Source: an uncultured Gammaproteobacteria bacterium (lineage in GTDB: Bacteria; Pseudomonadota; Gammaproteobacteria; Chromatiales; Chromatiaceae). From it: DNA of 64,000 nucleotides. The stretch is from assembly GCA_963704155.1 (NCBI GenBank), contig CAVPHF010000041.1:16457-80456 (forward strand). The letters run 5' to 3'. The notes beneath the pieces are model-generated. The model was not told the DNA's origin. It did not search any database and worked only from the letters and a program-made list of their open reading frames with translations. Shown in pieces: positions 37,348 to 47,575 of the stretch. A program made the position numbers and the translations under genes. Each line of letters starts with the position of its first letter. Position 1 is the first letter of the stretch.

Positions 37348-39137
37348 TTGACCGCCTCCTTGCCAGACACATCGATGGGCGGCGACATCACCCGCTGCCT
37401 GTCGCCGGCGCCGCCGCTCGCGGCCCCACTGCCGTTGTCGGAAGCCCCGACAGAAGCGGCATCGCCACCGGCCTTGAATAAGGCTCGAAAGCGTTTGCCG
37501 TTGGCCTTGTTGTCGAAGCCGGCGAAGATCTGCGCGAACTCCCGACGCGCCTGCTCCTGCCCCTGCAACAGATTGCTGGTGAGTGCCCCCATCGCCAACA
37601 GCACACCGGTATTGGCGGCATGCTCCGCACGCATGAGTTCGGCTGTCTCGCGCAAGTGATTGGCCTGGACCTCCAGATCCTGAAAACCGCCCAGGTTCTC
37701 GAGCAGCAGCTTGGTCTGCTTGATCAACGCGCGCACCTCGTCAGCCGGATACAGGCTTTGGAAGAACTCCATCATGTAGCGCAGTTTCTTGCAGCTCTTG
37801 CGCAGCTCGTGAAGAGCTTCGGCCGGCGATGCGTCATTAATGCAGCGGCCTTCCTCGAGCAGACGCTTGAATAATCGCCAAATGCGCTGATCCGCGAGCG
37901 CCTTGATAGGCAAGGCGGCATGCGGTTCGGCCGTCGCGCGGGGCAGCGGCGACTCGAGGAAGGCCCGCCAGTCGCGCATCAGAGACCCGAACCGGGGCGA
38001 GTCCAGTGCCTCCACCAAGCGGCGCTGCTCACCGTCGTAGTGAGCGCTAAGCCAGGCGCGCAAAGGCTCCAGATCGTCGCGCATGGCAGGGGGCAAACGA
38101 CCGCGGAGCGACGGAAAACCGAGTAGATGCACATCCAGGTCGCGCACTGGCCCGGTAATCTGCTGGATCCAGGCGAACCCGGCCTTGAAGTCCTCGACGA
38201 TACGCGGTGCGAAGACACCCTTGATTTGACTCAGCGCCGAGCGCGTGCGCCGCGTGGCAACACGCAGATCGTGCAGGAATTCCGGGTCCAGGTTGCGGCG
38301 GCTGCCGTCGATATTCGCCTCCAGGGTATCCAGCAGACCGAGCAGGATACCCTTGGTGGCGGCATCGGCCCGCTGGCTCGGGTCGAGCTGATAGTCGAGC
38401 TGCGATGAGTAGGTCCCCGGTCGCCGACCGGTCGCGGCAAGCGCCTCCAGCACCAGCGGCGCCTGTTCCGGCTCGAGCGTCAGGACCTCGGACAAGGCCG
38501 AGGCCGTCGCGGCAAGCTCGGCATCATAGCCGCGGACCGGCAGCAACAGCAGACGTGCGGGCAGCGCGTCCTGTCGTCCGCGGGCGACCACAGCCAGCGT
38601 ATTGTGCTCGACGACGATCCGCGCGACCGTCTTATCGTCCTCGTTGAGCACACGTAAAGTCTGCGAGCGCGTATCGATCTCCACCATCGGCAGCAGCCGG
38701 CGGATGCCGAGGACTGGGGCCAGCAATTGCTGCACCGCACCAGGCGGCAGCTCGCTAGCGAAGCCCGGGTCGCTGGAGATCGCCTGACGGGCGAGCGCGG
38801 CGCCCTGATTGGCAAGATCGAGCCAAATCAGCTCGCGAACGGCTTGTTGACTGAGGTCTGGTCCCCGATTTGAATCCAGATCCGGACCCTGGTGCGGAGT
38901 TTGGTCGAGGCCGGGTTGCTGGCCGAGCCGCAGCCCGGCCGGCGGCACATGCCCATCGGCACAATCCTCCAGCGCGGCCCCCGCGTGGTACAGACTCCAA
39001 TCGAAGCTATCGAGGAACCGCCGCCGCGACGCGACTGAAGGGTCAAGTTCGCAGTGCAGACGGCTACGGATACTGGCCAGGGTAGACGCCGCATCGGCGC
39101 CCCGCGGCAGCAGAAAACTCATCGGGCCGGTGATCAT
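37344..39137 (-). CDS. CHAD domain protein with an N-terminal CYTH-like region
   Basis: 597 aa. The central/C-terminal part is helical with conserved His/Arg motifs typical of CHAD (FLHDLRVATRRTRSAL, LHELRKSCKKLRYMMEFF). The N-terminal ~200 aa has the size and position of the CYTH-like module seen in many CHAD proteins, but no EXEXK was recognised. Confidence 0.75.
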   Translation of the reverse strand: MITGPMSFLLPRGADAASTLASIRSRLHCELDPSVASRRRFLDSFDWSLYHAGAALEDCADGHVPPAGLRLGQQPGLDQTPHQGPDLDSNRGPDLSQQAVRELIWLDLANQGAALARQAISSDPGFASELPPGAVQQLLAPVLGIRRLLPMVEIDTRSQTLRVLNEDDKTVARIVVEHNTLAVVARGRQDALPARLLLLPVRGYDAELAATASALSEVLTLEPEQAPLVLEALAATGRRPGTYSSQLDYQLDPSQRADAATKGILLGLLDTLEANIDGSRRNLDPEFLHDLRVATRRTRSALSQIKGVFAPRIVEDFKAGFAWIQQITGPVRDLDVHLLGFPSLRGRLPPAMRDDLEPLRAWLSAHYDGEQRRLVEALDSPRFGSLMRDWRAFLESPLPRATAEPHAALPIKALADQRIWRLFKRLLEEGRCINDASPAEALHELRKSCKKLRYMMEFFQSLYPADEVRALIKQTKLLLENLGGFQDLEVQANHLRETAELMRAEHAANTGVLLAMGALTSNLLQGQEQARREFAQIFAGFDNKANGKRFRALFKAGGDAASVGASDNGSGAASGGAGDRQRVMSPPIDVSGKEAVN

Positions 39138-39632
39138 TGCAGGTGTTGTGGAGGAAATCCGCAGTGTTAAATCATTAGTTGTCGTTATCGGCTGGGGAAA
39201 TTCGACGGGCCCAGATCATTCGCCAGTGCCTGGATCTGAAGCGATTCACCCCGAAGGGATTATGTCAGAGTTGTTACAACCGATGAAATCGCTTTTTCTA
39301 CAATGGGATAACGCGGGAAGATGAACGTCGGCAATACAATGGCGGCGAGATCGCTGCCGTCGACCTGCGTAACCCTTGGGGAAAACCCAGGCTTTCAATT
39401 CCGCGAAACGGTCACGACAATGAAAGACGTTGCCGATGACGGGGTTTCACCGAACACAAATGCATGCCTGCCTCGGAACCGCCCCAGCACGAGGCCTGAC
39501 CTCGTCGCAGGACCGCGATAGCGATTGAAACGCAGCGCGTTTAGGACGGGCCAGCGCTTCCCGGATGGGTTCGTTGTCGCCAGACCGCTCCAGGCGACGC
39601 CGTTACGGCAACCTACAGCCAGAGGTGACAGC

Positions 39633-40601
39633 ATGAGCAAACTCGACCAACTCAAGACCATGACCACCGTGGTCGCCGACACCGGCGACTTCGAGGCCAT
39701 CGCCGAGTACAAACCCCAGGACGCCACCACCAATCCGTCGCTGCTCTACAAGGCAGCACAGATGACGCAGTACCGCGACCTGGTCGAGGACGCGGTGACC
39801 TTCGGTAAGGACAAGGGTGTCGATGGCGACGCGCAAGCCCGCTGGACCATGGACAAGCTCGCCGTGAACTTTGGCGCCGAGATCCTGAAGATCGTGCCGG
39901 GGCGCGTTTCCACCGAGATCGACGCGCGACTGTCGTTCGACACCGAGGCCACCATCGCTCGCGCCGACGGCCTGATCGCGCTCTACGACGAGATCGGCAT
40001 CGACGCCCGCGAGCGCGTGCTGTTCAAGATCGCGTCCACCTGGGAGGGTATCCGCGCCGCGGAGCAGCTTGAGCGGCGCGGCATCCACTGCAATCTGACC
40101 CTGTTGTTCGGCTTCGCGCAGGCGGTGGCCGCCGCGGAGGCGGGCGCCACGCTGATCTCGCCCTTCGTCGGGCGCATCCTCGATTGGCACAAGAACGCCG
40201 AGAACGCGGTCGGTTATCCGGCCGATGAGGATCCGGGCGTGCAATCCGTCACGCGCATCTTCAACTACTTCAAGCGCCACGGCTACGACACCATCGTCAT
40301 GGGCGCGAGCTTTCGCAATGTCGACGAGATCCTGGAACTGGCGGGCTGCGACTACCTGACCATCGCACCAAAGCTATTGGCCGAGCTCGCCGAGACGGAC
40401 GGTGATCTGCCGCGCAAGCTCGACGCCGAGGCCGCACGCGGCATGGACATCCCGACCGAAAGCTTCGACGAGCAACGCTTCCGCTGGGACCTGAACGAAG
40501 ACGCGATGGCGACCGAAAAGCTGGCCGAGGGCATCCGCCTGTTCGCTGAAGATACACGGCGGCTGGAAGAATTCACTCGCGAGATCTGCCGCACCTGCTG
40601 A
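39633..40601 (+). CDS. tal: Transaldolase (TalB type)
   Basis: [23 protein letters not shown]...DATTNPSLL, with the active-site Lys region [10 protein letters not shown]. The ATG at 39633 follows AGAGGTG. Confidence 0.95.
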   Translation: MSKLDQLKTMTTVVADTGDFEAIAEYKPQDATTNPSLLYKAAQMTQYRDLVEDAVTFGKDKGVDGDAQARWTMDKLAVNFGAEILKIVPGRVSTEIDARLSFDTEATIARADGLIALYDEIGIDARERVLFKIASTWEGIRAAEQLERRGIHCNLTLLFGFAQAVAAAEAGATLISPFVGRILDWHKNAENAVGYPADEDPGVQSVTRIFNYFKRHGYDTIVMGASFRNVDEILELAGCDYLTIAPKLLAELAETDGDLPRKLDAEAARGMDIPTESFDEQRFRWDLNEDAMATEKLAEGIRLFAEDTRRLEEFTREICRTC

Positions 40602-40951
40602 GCGGCTCGCCCCGACCAGGTCCATCGACCAGGCCCGGCACCGACCAACCCCGCCCGCGAGGCAGCCCGGATGTCGCCGGGCGCCCCGCCTGCTATTTCG
40701 CCGTACGCGCGACCGCACGCAGAATTCGCTCGTTATCCGCGCCGCCTGTGCTTATCATTTACCTACCACCCGCGCGGATAATGCGCACGCCACGCCGGCC
40801 CCTCATCCGGGCCGCTCTCCAGGATTCAGTCGTCGATGTCATTACCCCCGACTTCCAAATCCTCGCGCCGCGACTGCGGCAACAGCCAGCCTCGCTCCTG
40901 CCGCGCCCCAATGTCCGTTGCCTCTCCGCCCGATGAAACCCGGGAGACGCT

Positions 40952-43645
40952 GTGAGACGCTCGCTTGGCATCCTCATTCCGCTGCTGATCGCATTGCTGA
41001 CAATCGCCCTGTGGGCGATGTTGAACCGCCCGACGGTCGAGCCGCCCTGGCCGACGCGCATCCAGGGCTACTCGTTTTCGCCGATGCGCGCCGACGATGA
41101 CCCGACCCGACAGATCTATCCCTCGATCAGCGAGGTCGATGAAGACCTCGCCCTGCTGCACGGCGAAGCGCACGCGATCCGGACCTACACGCTCGACGGC
41201 CCCATGCAGCAGGTGCCGCGACTGGCAGCCGCGCATGGGCTCAATGTCACGCTCGGCGCCTGGATCGGCCCGGAGGCGGACGATAACCAGGCCGAACTCG
41301 AGCGGCTGACCGCGATCCTGCGCCAGTGGAATAAGAACATCGTGCGTGTCATGGTCGGCAACGAGACCATTCTGCGCGGCGATGTCTCGGTTAAGGAGCT
41401 CGGCGGCTACTTGGATCGCATCCGCCGCATCACCGATATCCCGGTCGGCACCGCGGAGCCTTGGCACATCTGGCTCACCAACCCGGGCCTGGCAAAGCAC
41501 GTCGACTTCATCGCCGTGCATCTGCTGCCTTACTGGGAGGGTCTGCCGATCGACAAGGCCGTGGACTTCTCGTTCGAGAAGCTCGAGCTGGTGCGCGAGG
41601 CCTTTCCGGGCAAGGAAGTCATCGTCGGCGAGGTCGGCTGGCCGAGCAACGGCCGGCGCAATCGCGGCGCCGAGGCGAATCAGGCCAACCAAAGCACCTT
41701 CCTGCGGCGTTTCCTGGCGCGCGCCGAGGCCGAAGGACTCACCTACTATGTGATGGAGGCATTCGACCAACCCTGGAAGGTCAAGATCGAGGGCGGCATC
41801 GGCTCTTACTGGGGCATCTACAATGCCGAGCGTGACCCTAAACTGACACTGACCCAGCCGGTCGTGCGCATCCCGGACTGGCAGGAACTGGCCGCGTTAT
41901 CGGTCGGTATGGCGGTGCTGCTGCTGGTGCTGTTGTATCGGGACAGCGCCACGCTGTCGTCATCAGGAAAGGGCTTCCTGGCGCTAATAACCTATGCCCT
42001 TTCGACCGCGGCGGTCTGGCTGGTATATGACTACACACGCCAGTACATGACGCCGGCCACCGCCATCGTCGGCGTGCTGCTGCTGATCGGCGGTTTCGGC
42101 GTTTTGGTGCTACTCTCGGCGGAGGCGCACGAGTGGGCAGAGTCCCTTTGGCTGAAGCGCTGGCGCCGCGCCTTCCCCCGCCACGATGTGCCGGACGCAT
42201 GGCTGCCGATGGTATCGGTGCAGGTTCCGGCCTACAACGAGCCGCCGGAATTGCTGATCGAAACGTTGGACGCCTTGGCGACGCTCGACTACCCGAGCTT
42301 CGAGGTCCTGGTTATCGACAACAACACCAAGGACCCGGCCGTCTGGCAGCCGGTGCGCGACCACTGTGAGCTGCTGAACAGCCGGCACCCCGGCCGGTTC
42401 CGCTTCTTTCACGTCGAACCGCTGGCCGGATTCAAGGCCGGCGCGCTGAACTTCGCGCTGCGTGAGACCGACCCGCGTGCCGGCATCGTCGCCGTCATTG
42501 ATGCCGACTACATCGTTACGCGGCGCTGGCTGCGAGACCTGGTACCGGCCTTCCTCGATGACGAGGTCGGCATCGTGCAGGCACCGCAGGACTACCGCGA
42601 CGGCCACGAGAGCATGTTCAAGGCCATGTGTCTCGCCGAGTACCGCGGCTTCTTCCACATCGGCATGGTCACCCGCAACGAGCGCAACGCCATCATCCAG
42701 CATGGCACCATGACCATGATCCGGCGCAAGCCCTTGGATGAGGTCAACGGCTGGGCCGAATGGTGCATCACCGAGGACGCGGAACTCGGCCTGCGCCTGT
42801 TCGAGACGGGCTACAAGGCGCTCTACATCCCGGCTACCTATGGCCGCGGACTGATGCCGGACACCTTCGCCGACTTCAAGAAGCAGCGCCTGCGCTGGGC
42901 CTATGGCGCAGTGCGTATCCTGCTCGCACACCGGCGCGAGCTGCTCGGGCTGCGTCGCACCAAGCTGGATGCCGGCCAGCGCTGGCACTTTCTGGCCGGC
43001 TGGCTGCCCTGGTACGCGGACGGCTTTAACCTGTTGTTCAATTTTGCCGCGCTCGCCTGGAGCGTCGCAATGGTCGCGGCGCCAGACATCATCACACCGC
43101 CTTACATCACCATCGCGCTGATCCCTTTGGTGCTGTTCGCGTTCAAGATGATCAAGAGCCTGGCGCTCTACCGGCGCCGGGTTGCCGCAACCTGGCGCCA
43201 GAGTTTCGGTGCCGGCCTGGCCGGGCTGGCGCTGTCACACACCATCGCGCGCGCTATGTGGGCGGGTGTCGTCTCCGGCCGGCTCGGTTTCTTCCGTACA
43301 CCGAAGCTCGCCGGCACCAGCACGCTGCTCCGGGTGCTCGGCGACGCGCGCGAGGAAGTATTGCTGATGCTCGCGTTCTGGCTCGGCGCCTTTGCGGTCC
43401 TGCAGCGCGAAGACGCCTATATGCTCGACGTCCGGGTCTGGGCCGCGGTGCTGCTGGTGCAGTCGGTGCCCTACTTCGCGTCGCTGGTGATGTCGTTGAT
43501 CAGCGCCATGCCTCGGCTGCCGGCAAGCCTGATAGGACCGCTGGCGGAGATGGAGGACGGAGCCCGGCCCGCCGATACGACGCCCAGCGCCGCTCGCGCA
43601 TCCGCGAACATCTCCCCCTCGGCCGCGCGCACCGCGGACAGCTGA
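40952..43645 (+). CDS. ndvB: NdvB-like bifunctional GH17 glycoside hydrolase / GT2 beta-glucan synthase
   Basis: 897 aa with a GTG start after GGGAG. The N-terminus has a TM helix and a GH17-like TIM barrel (VMVGNETIL, GEVGWPSNG). After several TM helices comes a processive GT2 domain (VQVPAYNEP, VIDADY, QRLRW) and more TM helices. P. aeruginosa/Bradyrhizobium NdvB has the same architecture. Confidence 0.8.
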   Translation: MRRSLGILIPLLIALLTIALWAMLNRPTVEPPWPTRIQGYSFSPMRADDDPTRQIYPSISEVDEDLALLHGEAHAIRTYTLDGPMQQVPRLAAAHGLNVTLGAWIGPEADDNQAELERLTAILRQWNKNIVRVMVGNETILRGDVSVKELGGYLDRIRRITDIPVGTAEPWHIWLTNPGLAKHVDFIAVHLLPYWEGLPIDKAVDFSFEKLELVREAFPGKEVIVGEVGWPSNGRRNRGAEANQANQSTFLRRFLARAEAEGLTYYVMEAFDQPWKVKIEGGIGSYWGIYNAERDPKLTLTQPVVRIPDWQELAALSVGMAVLLLVLLYRDSATLSSSGKGFLALITYALSTAAVWLVYDYTRQYMTPATAIVGVLLLIGGFGVLVLLSAEAHEWAESLWLKRWRRAFPRHDVPDAWLPMVSVQVPAYNEPPELLIETLDALATLDYPSFEVLVIDNNTKDPAVWQPVRDHCELLNSRHPGRFRFFHVEPLAGFKAGALNFALRETDPRAGIVAVIDADYIVTRRWLRDLVPAFLDDEVGIVQAPQDYRDGHESMFKAMCLAEYRGFFHIGMVTRNERNAIIQHGTMTMIRRKPLDEVNGWAEWCITEDAELGLRLFETGYKALYIPATYGRGLMPDTFADFKKQRLRWAYGAVRILLAHRRELLGLRRTKLDAGQRWHFLAGWLPWYADGFNLLFNFAALAWSVAMVAAPDIITPPYITIALIPLVLFAFKMIKSLALYRRRVAATWRQSFGAGLAGLALSHTIARAMWAGVVSGRLGFFRTPKLAGTSTLLRVLGDAREEVLLMLAFWLGAFAVLQREDAYMLDVRVWAAVLLVQSVPYFASLVMSLISAMPRLPASLIGPLAEMEDGARPADTTPSAARASANISPSAARTADS

Positions 43646-43770
43646 ACTGACAGGTCCAGTGAGAGCGCCGCCCCGGCGCGATGATCGCAGCGGCTCCAGG
43701 CCCGACCGCCAAATCGCGGCGAGGGCGCGACCCCACTATTGGTCTGCGGCTCGGCATCGAGCTGAGCCGC

Positions 43771-45378
43771 ATGTCCGCGACCGATCAACGCGCTTCCGAA
43801 CACCCATTGAGCCCCGCTGAGCGACAAGGAGCAAGACCAACCGTGTTCATCGACGCCCGAACACTCGACGACGGCAGCCGCCTCGACGCCGACCTGGCGA
43901 TCATCGGTGCCGGCCCGGCCGGCATCAGCATTGCCCGCGCTTTCGCCGGCAGCCAAACACAGGTCTGCCTGATCGAATCCGGCGGCCTAAGCTTCGACGC
44001 CGCCACGCAAGACCTCTATCAGGGCACTAATGCCGGCATCGAGTATCCGCTGATCGCCAACCGACTGCGCTTCTTCGGCGGCAGCTCCAACCACTGGGGC
44101 GGCTATTGCCGCTCGCTCGACCCGATCGACTTCGAGCCGCGCGACTGGGTGCCGCTGAGCGGCTGGCCCTTCGGTCGCGAGGCGCTCGACCCCTACTGGG
44201 AGGCGGCGAGCGCGGCCGCCGAGGTCGCACCGGCGCGCTACGAGGATACCGACTATTGGGCCGCACAGACCGGCGAACCCCTGGTCGACTGGCGCGCGGG
44301 CCGCATCATGAACCGCTTTTTCCAGTTCAGCCCGCCGACCCGTTTCGGCGAGCGCTACCGCACCGAGCTGGAGCGGGCGCCCAACGTCAGCGTGCTGCTG
44401 AACGCCAACGTCTGCAAGATCGCGGCGACCAGGTCCGCTCAGTCGGTGGACGGGCTCGACATCCGCACCCTCACCGGCCTCCGCCACGCTGTGCGCGCAC
44501 GGCGTTATGTACTCGCCGCGGGCGCCATCGAGAATGCGCGCCTGCTGCTGCTGTCGAACGACGTGCTGCCGGCCGGCCTCGGCAATCAGCACGACATGGT
44601 GGGGCGCTGCTTCATGGAGCACCCTCACCTCGGCGGCTTTGCCGAGCTGGTGATCGCCGACCTCAGGCGGCTACAACCGATCTACCGTGATCGACTGATC
44701 TTCGACGGTCGCCCGGCCAAGGTCGCCTTCGTGCCGGCACCGGACTACCTGCGGCGCGAGCGTCTGCTGTCGGCATCATTCACGATGTCGGTCGCAGGCG
44801 AGTACTGGCAGGACCGCGCGCCGAGCAATGCCATGGGCGAGGCCCACCGCGATATGCTGCAGGCCGCACGGCCATTCATTGCCGACGGCCGCGGCGCGAT
44901 CCGTGCCGACGACCCGAGCTTCAGCGGTGTCTGGATGGGCATCGGCTGCGCCTGCGAGCAGGCGCCAAACCTCGACAGCCGCGTGCTGCTCGGCGACGAA
45001 ACCGACGCGCTCGGTCTGCGTCGCACCCGCCTCGACTGGCGGCTGACGGCACAAGACCGCCGCAGCCTAGTCGCCAATATCGAATCACTGGGGCAGGAGT
45101 TCGCCGCCGCCGGCATCGGCCGGATGGTCGTCAATCTGCCGGACAACGATCAATGGGAGCCAGTTGTCTCAGGCGGCAGCCACCATATGGGCACCACCCG
45201 CATCAGCGATGACCCGCGCCTCGGCGTCGCCGACCGCAACTGCCGCGTGCACGGCATCGACAACCTATGGATCGCCGGCTCGTCGCTATTCCCGACCTGC
45301 GGCTCGGCCAACCCGACCCTGAACCTCCTTGCACTGGCCTATCGGCTGGTGGATCACCTGAAGGGGCTGCCGGCATGA
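43771..45378 (+). CDS. GMC-family FAD oxidoreductase
   Basis: Rossmann motif DLAIIGAGPAGISIA and a GMC C-terminal region (GSHHMGTTRI...HGIDNLWIAGSSLFPTCGSANPTL). ATG at 43771. Confidence 0.85.
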   Translation: MSATDQRASEHPLSPAERQGARPTVFIDARTLDDGSRLDADLAIIGAGPAGISIARAFAGSQTQVCLIESGGLSFDAATQDLYQGTNAGIEYPLIANRLRFFGGSSNHWGGYCRSLDPIDFEPRDWVPLSGWPFGREALDPYWEAASAAAEVAPARYEDTDYWAAQTGEPLVDWRAGRIMNRFFQFSPPTRFGERYRTELERAPNVSVLLNANVCKIAATRSAQSVDGLDIRTLTGLRHAVRARRYVLAAGAIENARLLLLSNDVLPAGLGNQHDMVGRCFMEHPHLGGFAELVIADLRRLQPIYRDRLIFDGRPAKVAFVPAPDYLRRERLLSASFTMSVAGEYWQDRAPSNAMGEAHRDMLQAARPFIADGRGAIRADDPSFSGVWMGIGCACEQAPNLDSRVLLGDETDALGLRRTRLDWRLTAQDRRSLVANIESLGQEFAAAGIGRMVVNLPDNDQWEPVVSGGSHHMGTTRISDDPRLGVADRNCRVHGIDNLWIAGSSLFPTCGSANPTLNLLALAYRLVDHLKGLPA

Positions 45379-45836
45379 GCAGACAGCAACACAACCACCG
45401 CGGCGGCAGCGCGCTGACACGCCGGCAGTTCATCGCGGCCGCACTCAGCCTGACCGCCGGCGGGCTGTCTATGTCGCTGGCGGAAGCCACCGCGGCGCGC
45501 GGCAGTGAATCGAACGCACCGCTTTCGGCCTCGGCCGACATGCTCGAGGTGCTCTCCGACCCAGCGGCCTCCGCGCGCTTCGGCAGGGCCTATCTCGCCG
45601 AGCATCCTGCCGAGGCCGATGTGAAGGTGCTGATCGAGCAACTAAGCGCCGCCGTCGGCAGCCGACGCGGCACTGTGCCGACCGACCCGGACGCACTGAC
45701 CGCCGCATTGGTCGCGGTGATCGAACATGAGTATGCGACGCTGCCGCCCAGGCGCATCGGCGGCTGGCTGCTGGCGCCCAGCGAGGCCCGGCTGTATGCG
45801 CTCGCTGCACTGGCGGGCGCTCCATCCGGTGTCTAA
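45375..45836 (+). CDS. Tat-signal small subunit (sorbitol/gluconate-2-dehydrogenase small-subunit-like)
   Basis: ATGA overlap with the GMC stop and a twin-arginine signal (TRRQFIAAALSLTAGG). About 150 aa, as for the small subunits that pair with membrane-associated FAD dehydrogenases. Family recalled by pattern only. Confidence 0.5.
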   Translation: MSRQQHNHRGGSALTRRQFIAAALSLTAGGLSMSLAEATAARGSESNAPLSASADMLEVLSDPAASARFGRAYLAEHPAEADVKVLIEQLSAAVGSRRGTVPTDPDALTAALVAVIEHEYATLPPRRIGGWLLAPSEARLYALAALAGAPSGV

Positions 45837-45939
45837 CAGCCAACCGCAGCGGCCTCCCAGCAACAGGCAATCCGAACAACAGTCCGAGCGCGCCGCACCC
45901 GAGCGCCGACCAGGCGCGCCTAACGCGCACCCGGCAAGC

Positions 45940-47565
45940 ATGTCCGCCTGCACCGCCGCGCCGCGAACTCGGGCCTGGACGCGCGGCGGCATGGTCGCCC
46001 TGCTGGCGCTGATCGCGGCGATCACCAGCGCCCGGTTGCTCGGCCTGGACCAACTGCTGCTCTGGCATGATGAGGTCTACACCCTGCTGCGCGTGTTCGG
46101 ACACCCGGCCGAGCAGGGCTGGGCGGTGCTGTTCAACGGCACCGTCATGACACCGGACCAGGTGCTCGTCTTCCAGCGGCCCGACCCGGCGCGCGGCCTT
46201 GCCGACACCTGGCGCGAGCTGATCGGGCACCCGGAGCACGCACCCTTGTATTACCTGCTCGGCTGGTTGGCCACGCGGCTACCGCTGGAGCCGATCATCG
46301 CGCTGCGCGGCACCGCGGCGCTCTTTGGACTGCTGCTGCCCGCCGCCGCCTTCTGGTTGATGCGCGAGTTGTTCGGACGCGGGCCGATCCCCTGGGTCGC
46401 GGCGCTGATTATCGCCAGCTCGCCGCTGCATCTGCTGTACGCGCAAGAGGCCCGCCAGTACGCGCTCTGGACCCTGCTGATCCTGGCATCGAGCGCGGCG
46501 CTGGTGCGCGCGCTGCGCGAGCGCCGGCCGCGCGATTGGTGGCTGTACGGCGGCCTATTGGCGCTTGGCCTCTACACCCACCTGCTGTTCGCGCTGATGT
46601 TGGCGGTGCACGCGGCCTATGGCTGGCTGGCCGCGGCGCACCGATCCGGTAACCTGCTGCGCCCACGCGACCTGCCGCTGCGGCCCTGGCTGTTTGCCGC
46701 CGGCACGGCATCGGTGCTGTTTCTGCCCTGGGTGGCCGTCGTCCTGCTCGGGCTCGACAAGGCCATGGACTATACGGGCTGGATGAACCGGCCCGCCGGA
46801 GCCGCGGCGAATCTGCTCGCCTGGGGGCAGTTCCTGGTTCGAACGGTGCTGGACGTCTGGCCGGAACAACCGCCGGCGCGAGCCCTGGCATTGCTGCTGC
46901 CGATGGCCGCCAGCCTACTGTATTACCTGCGCCAGGCGCCGCGCCCGGCAGTCTGGCTGCTGCCGCTGATCGCGCTCACCTATCTCGGCGTCGTACTGGG
47001 TCCGGACCTGCTGCTCGGCGGCGTGCGCTCCCTCCATGGCCGTTACGGGCTGCCGGCGTTGCTCGCGGCGCAGTTAATGATCGCTTGGACGCTCGGCGCT
47101 CTAGTGCAACGCCGGGGTGCCGGCCGAATCGTCTCCGCCGGGGCGCTGGCGATGCTGGTCTGCCTCGGTCTCGCCTCGCAGCTGCGCATCGGCCAGGCCG
47201 ACACCTGGTGGACCAAGAACCCAAACCTCAGCGCGCTGACGCCGCGCGCCGTGCAGACGCTGAACGCGCAGCCGCGGCCCTTCCTAGCGGCCGGTGCAAA
47301 CGGCCTCGCGCTCGGTCAACTCCTGTCGGTTGCGCATCGGCTCGACGACCACGTCCGCGTCCTCGGCTTCCGCCGCCAGACACCTCCGAGCACGCTGCCG
47401 GCGGATCTCGAGCAGGTCCTGCTGCTAATCCCGACCAAACCACTGCTCGCCGCCCTGGGCCCGGGCTTCGTCATCGAGCCCTGGGGCGACGGCGAGAACT
47501 GGGCGCTGGCGACGGCGAGCTTGGACCAATCGCATGCTCGGCCCGGCTCATCGTCGACGCCCTAG
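45940..47565 (+). CDS. GT39/ArnT-like (PMT_2) membrane glycosyltransferase
   Basis: Polytopic protein whose first loop has the acidic DE motif (LLWHDEVYT). The layout is typical of GT-C/PMT_2 (LYYLLGWL, SPLHLLYAQEARQYALW). The start is ATG 45940 or 45991. Confidence 0.75.
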   Translation: MSACTAAPRTRAWTRGGMVALLALIAAITSARLLGLDQLLLWHDEVYTLLRVFGHPAEQGWAVLFNGTVMTPDQVLVFQRPDPARGLADTWRELIGHPEHAPLYYLLGWLATRLPLEPIIALRGTAALFGLLLPAAAFWLMRELFGRGPIPWVAALIIASSPLHLLYAQEARQYALWTLLILASSAALVRALRERRPRDWWLYGGLLALGLYTHLLFALMLAVHAAYGWLAAAHRSGNLLRPRDLPLRPWLFAAGTASVLFLPWVAVVLLGLDKAMDYTGWMNRPAGAAANLLAWGQFLVRTVLDVWPEQPPARALALLLPMAASLLYYLRQAPRPAVWLLPLIALTYLGVVLGPDLLLGGVRSLHGRYGLPALLAAQLMIAWTLGALVQRRGAGRIVSAGALAMLVCLGLASQLRIGQADTWWTKNPNLSALTPRAVQTLNAQPRPFLAAGANGLALGQLLSVAHRLDDHVRVLGFRRQTPPSTLPADLEQVLLLIPTKPLLAALGPGFVIEPWGDGENWALATASLDQSHARPGSSSTP

Positions 47566-47575
47566 TTGCGACGCT

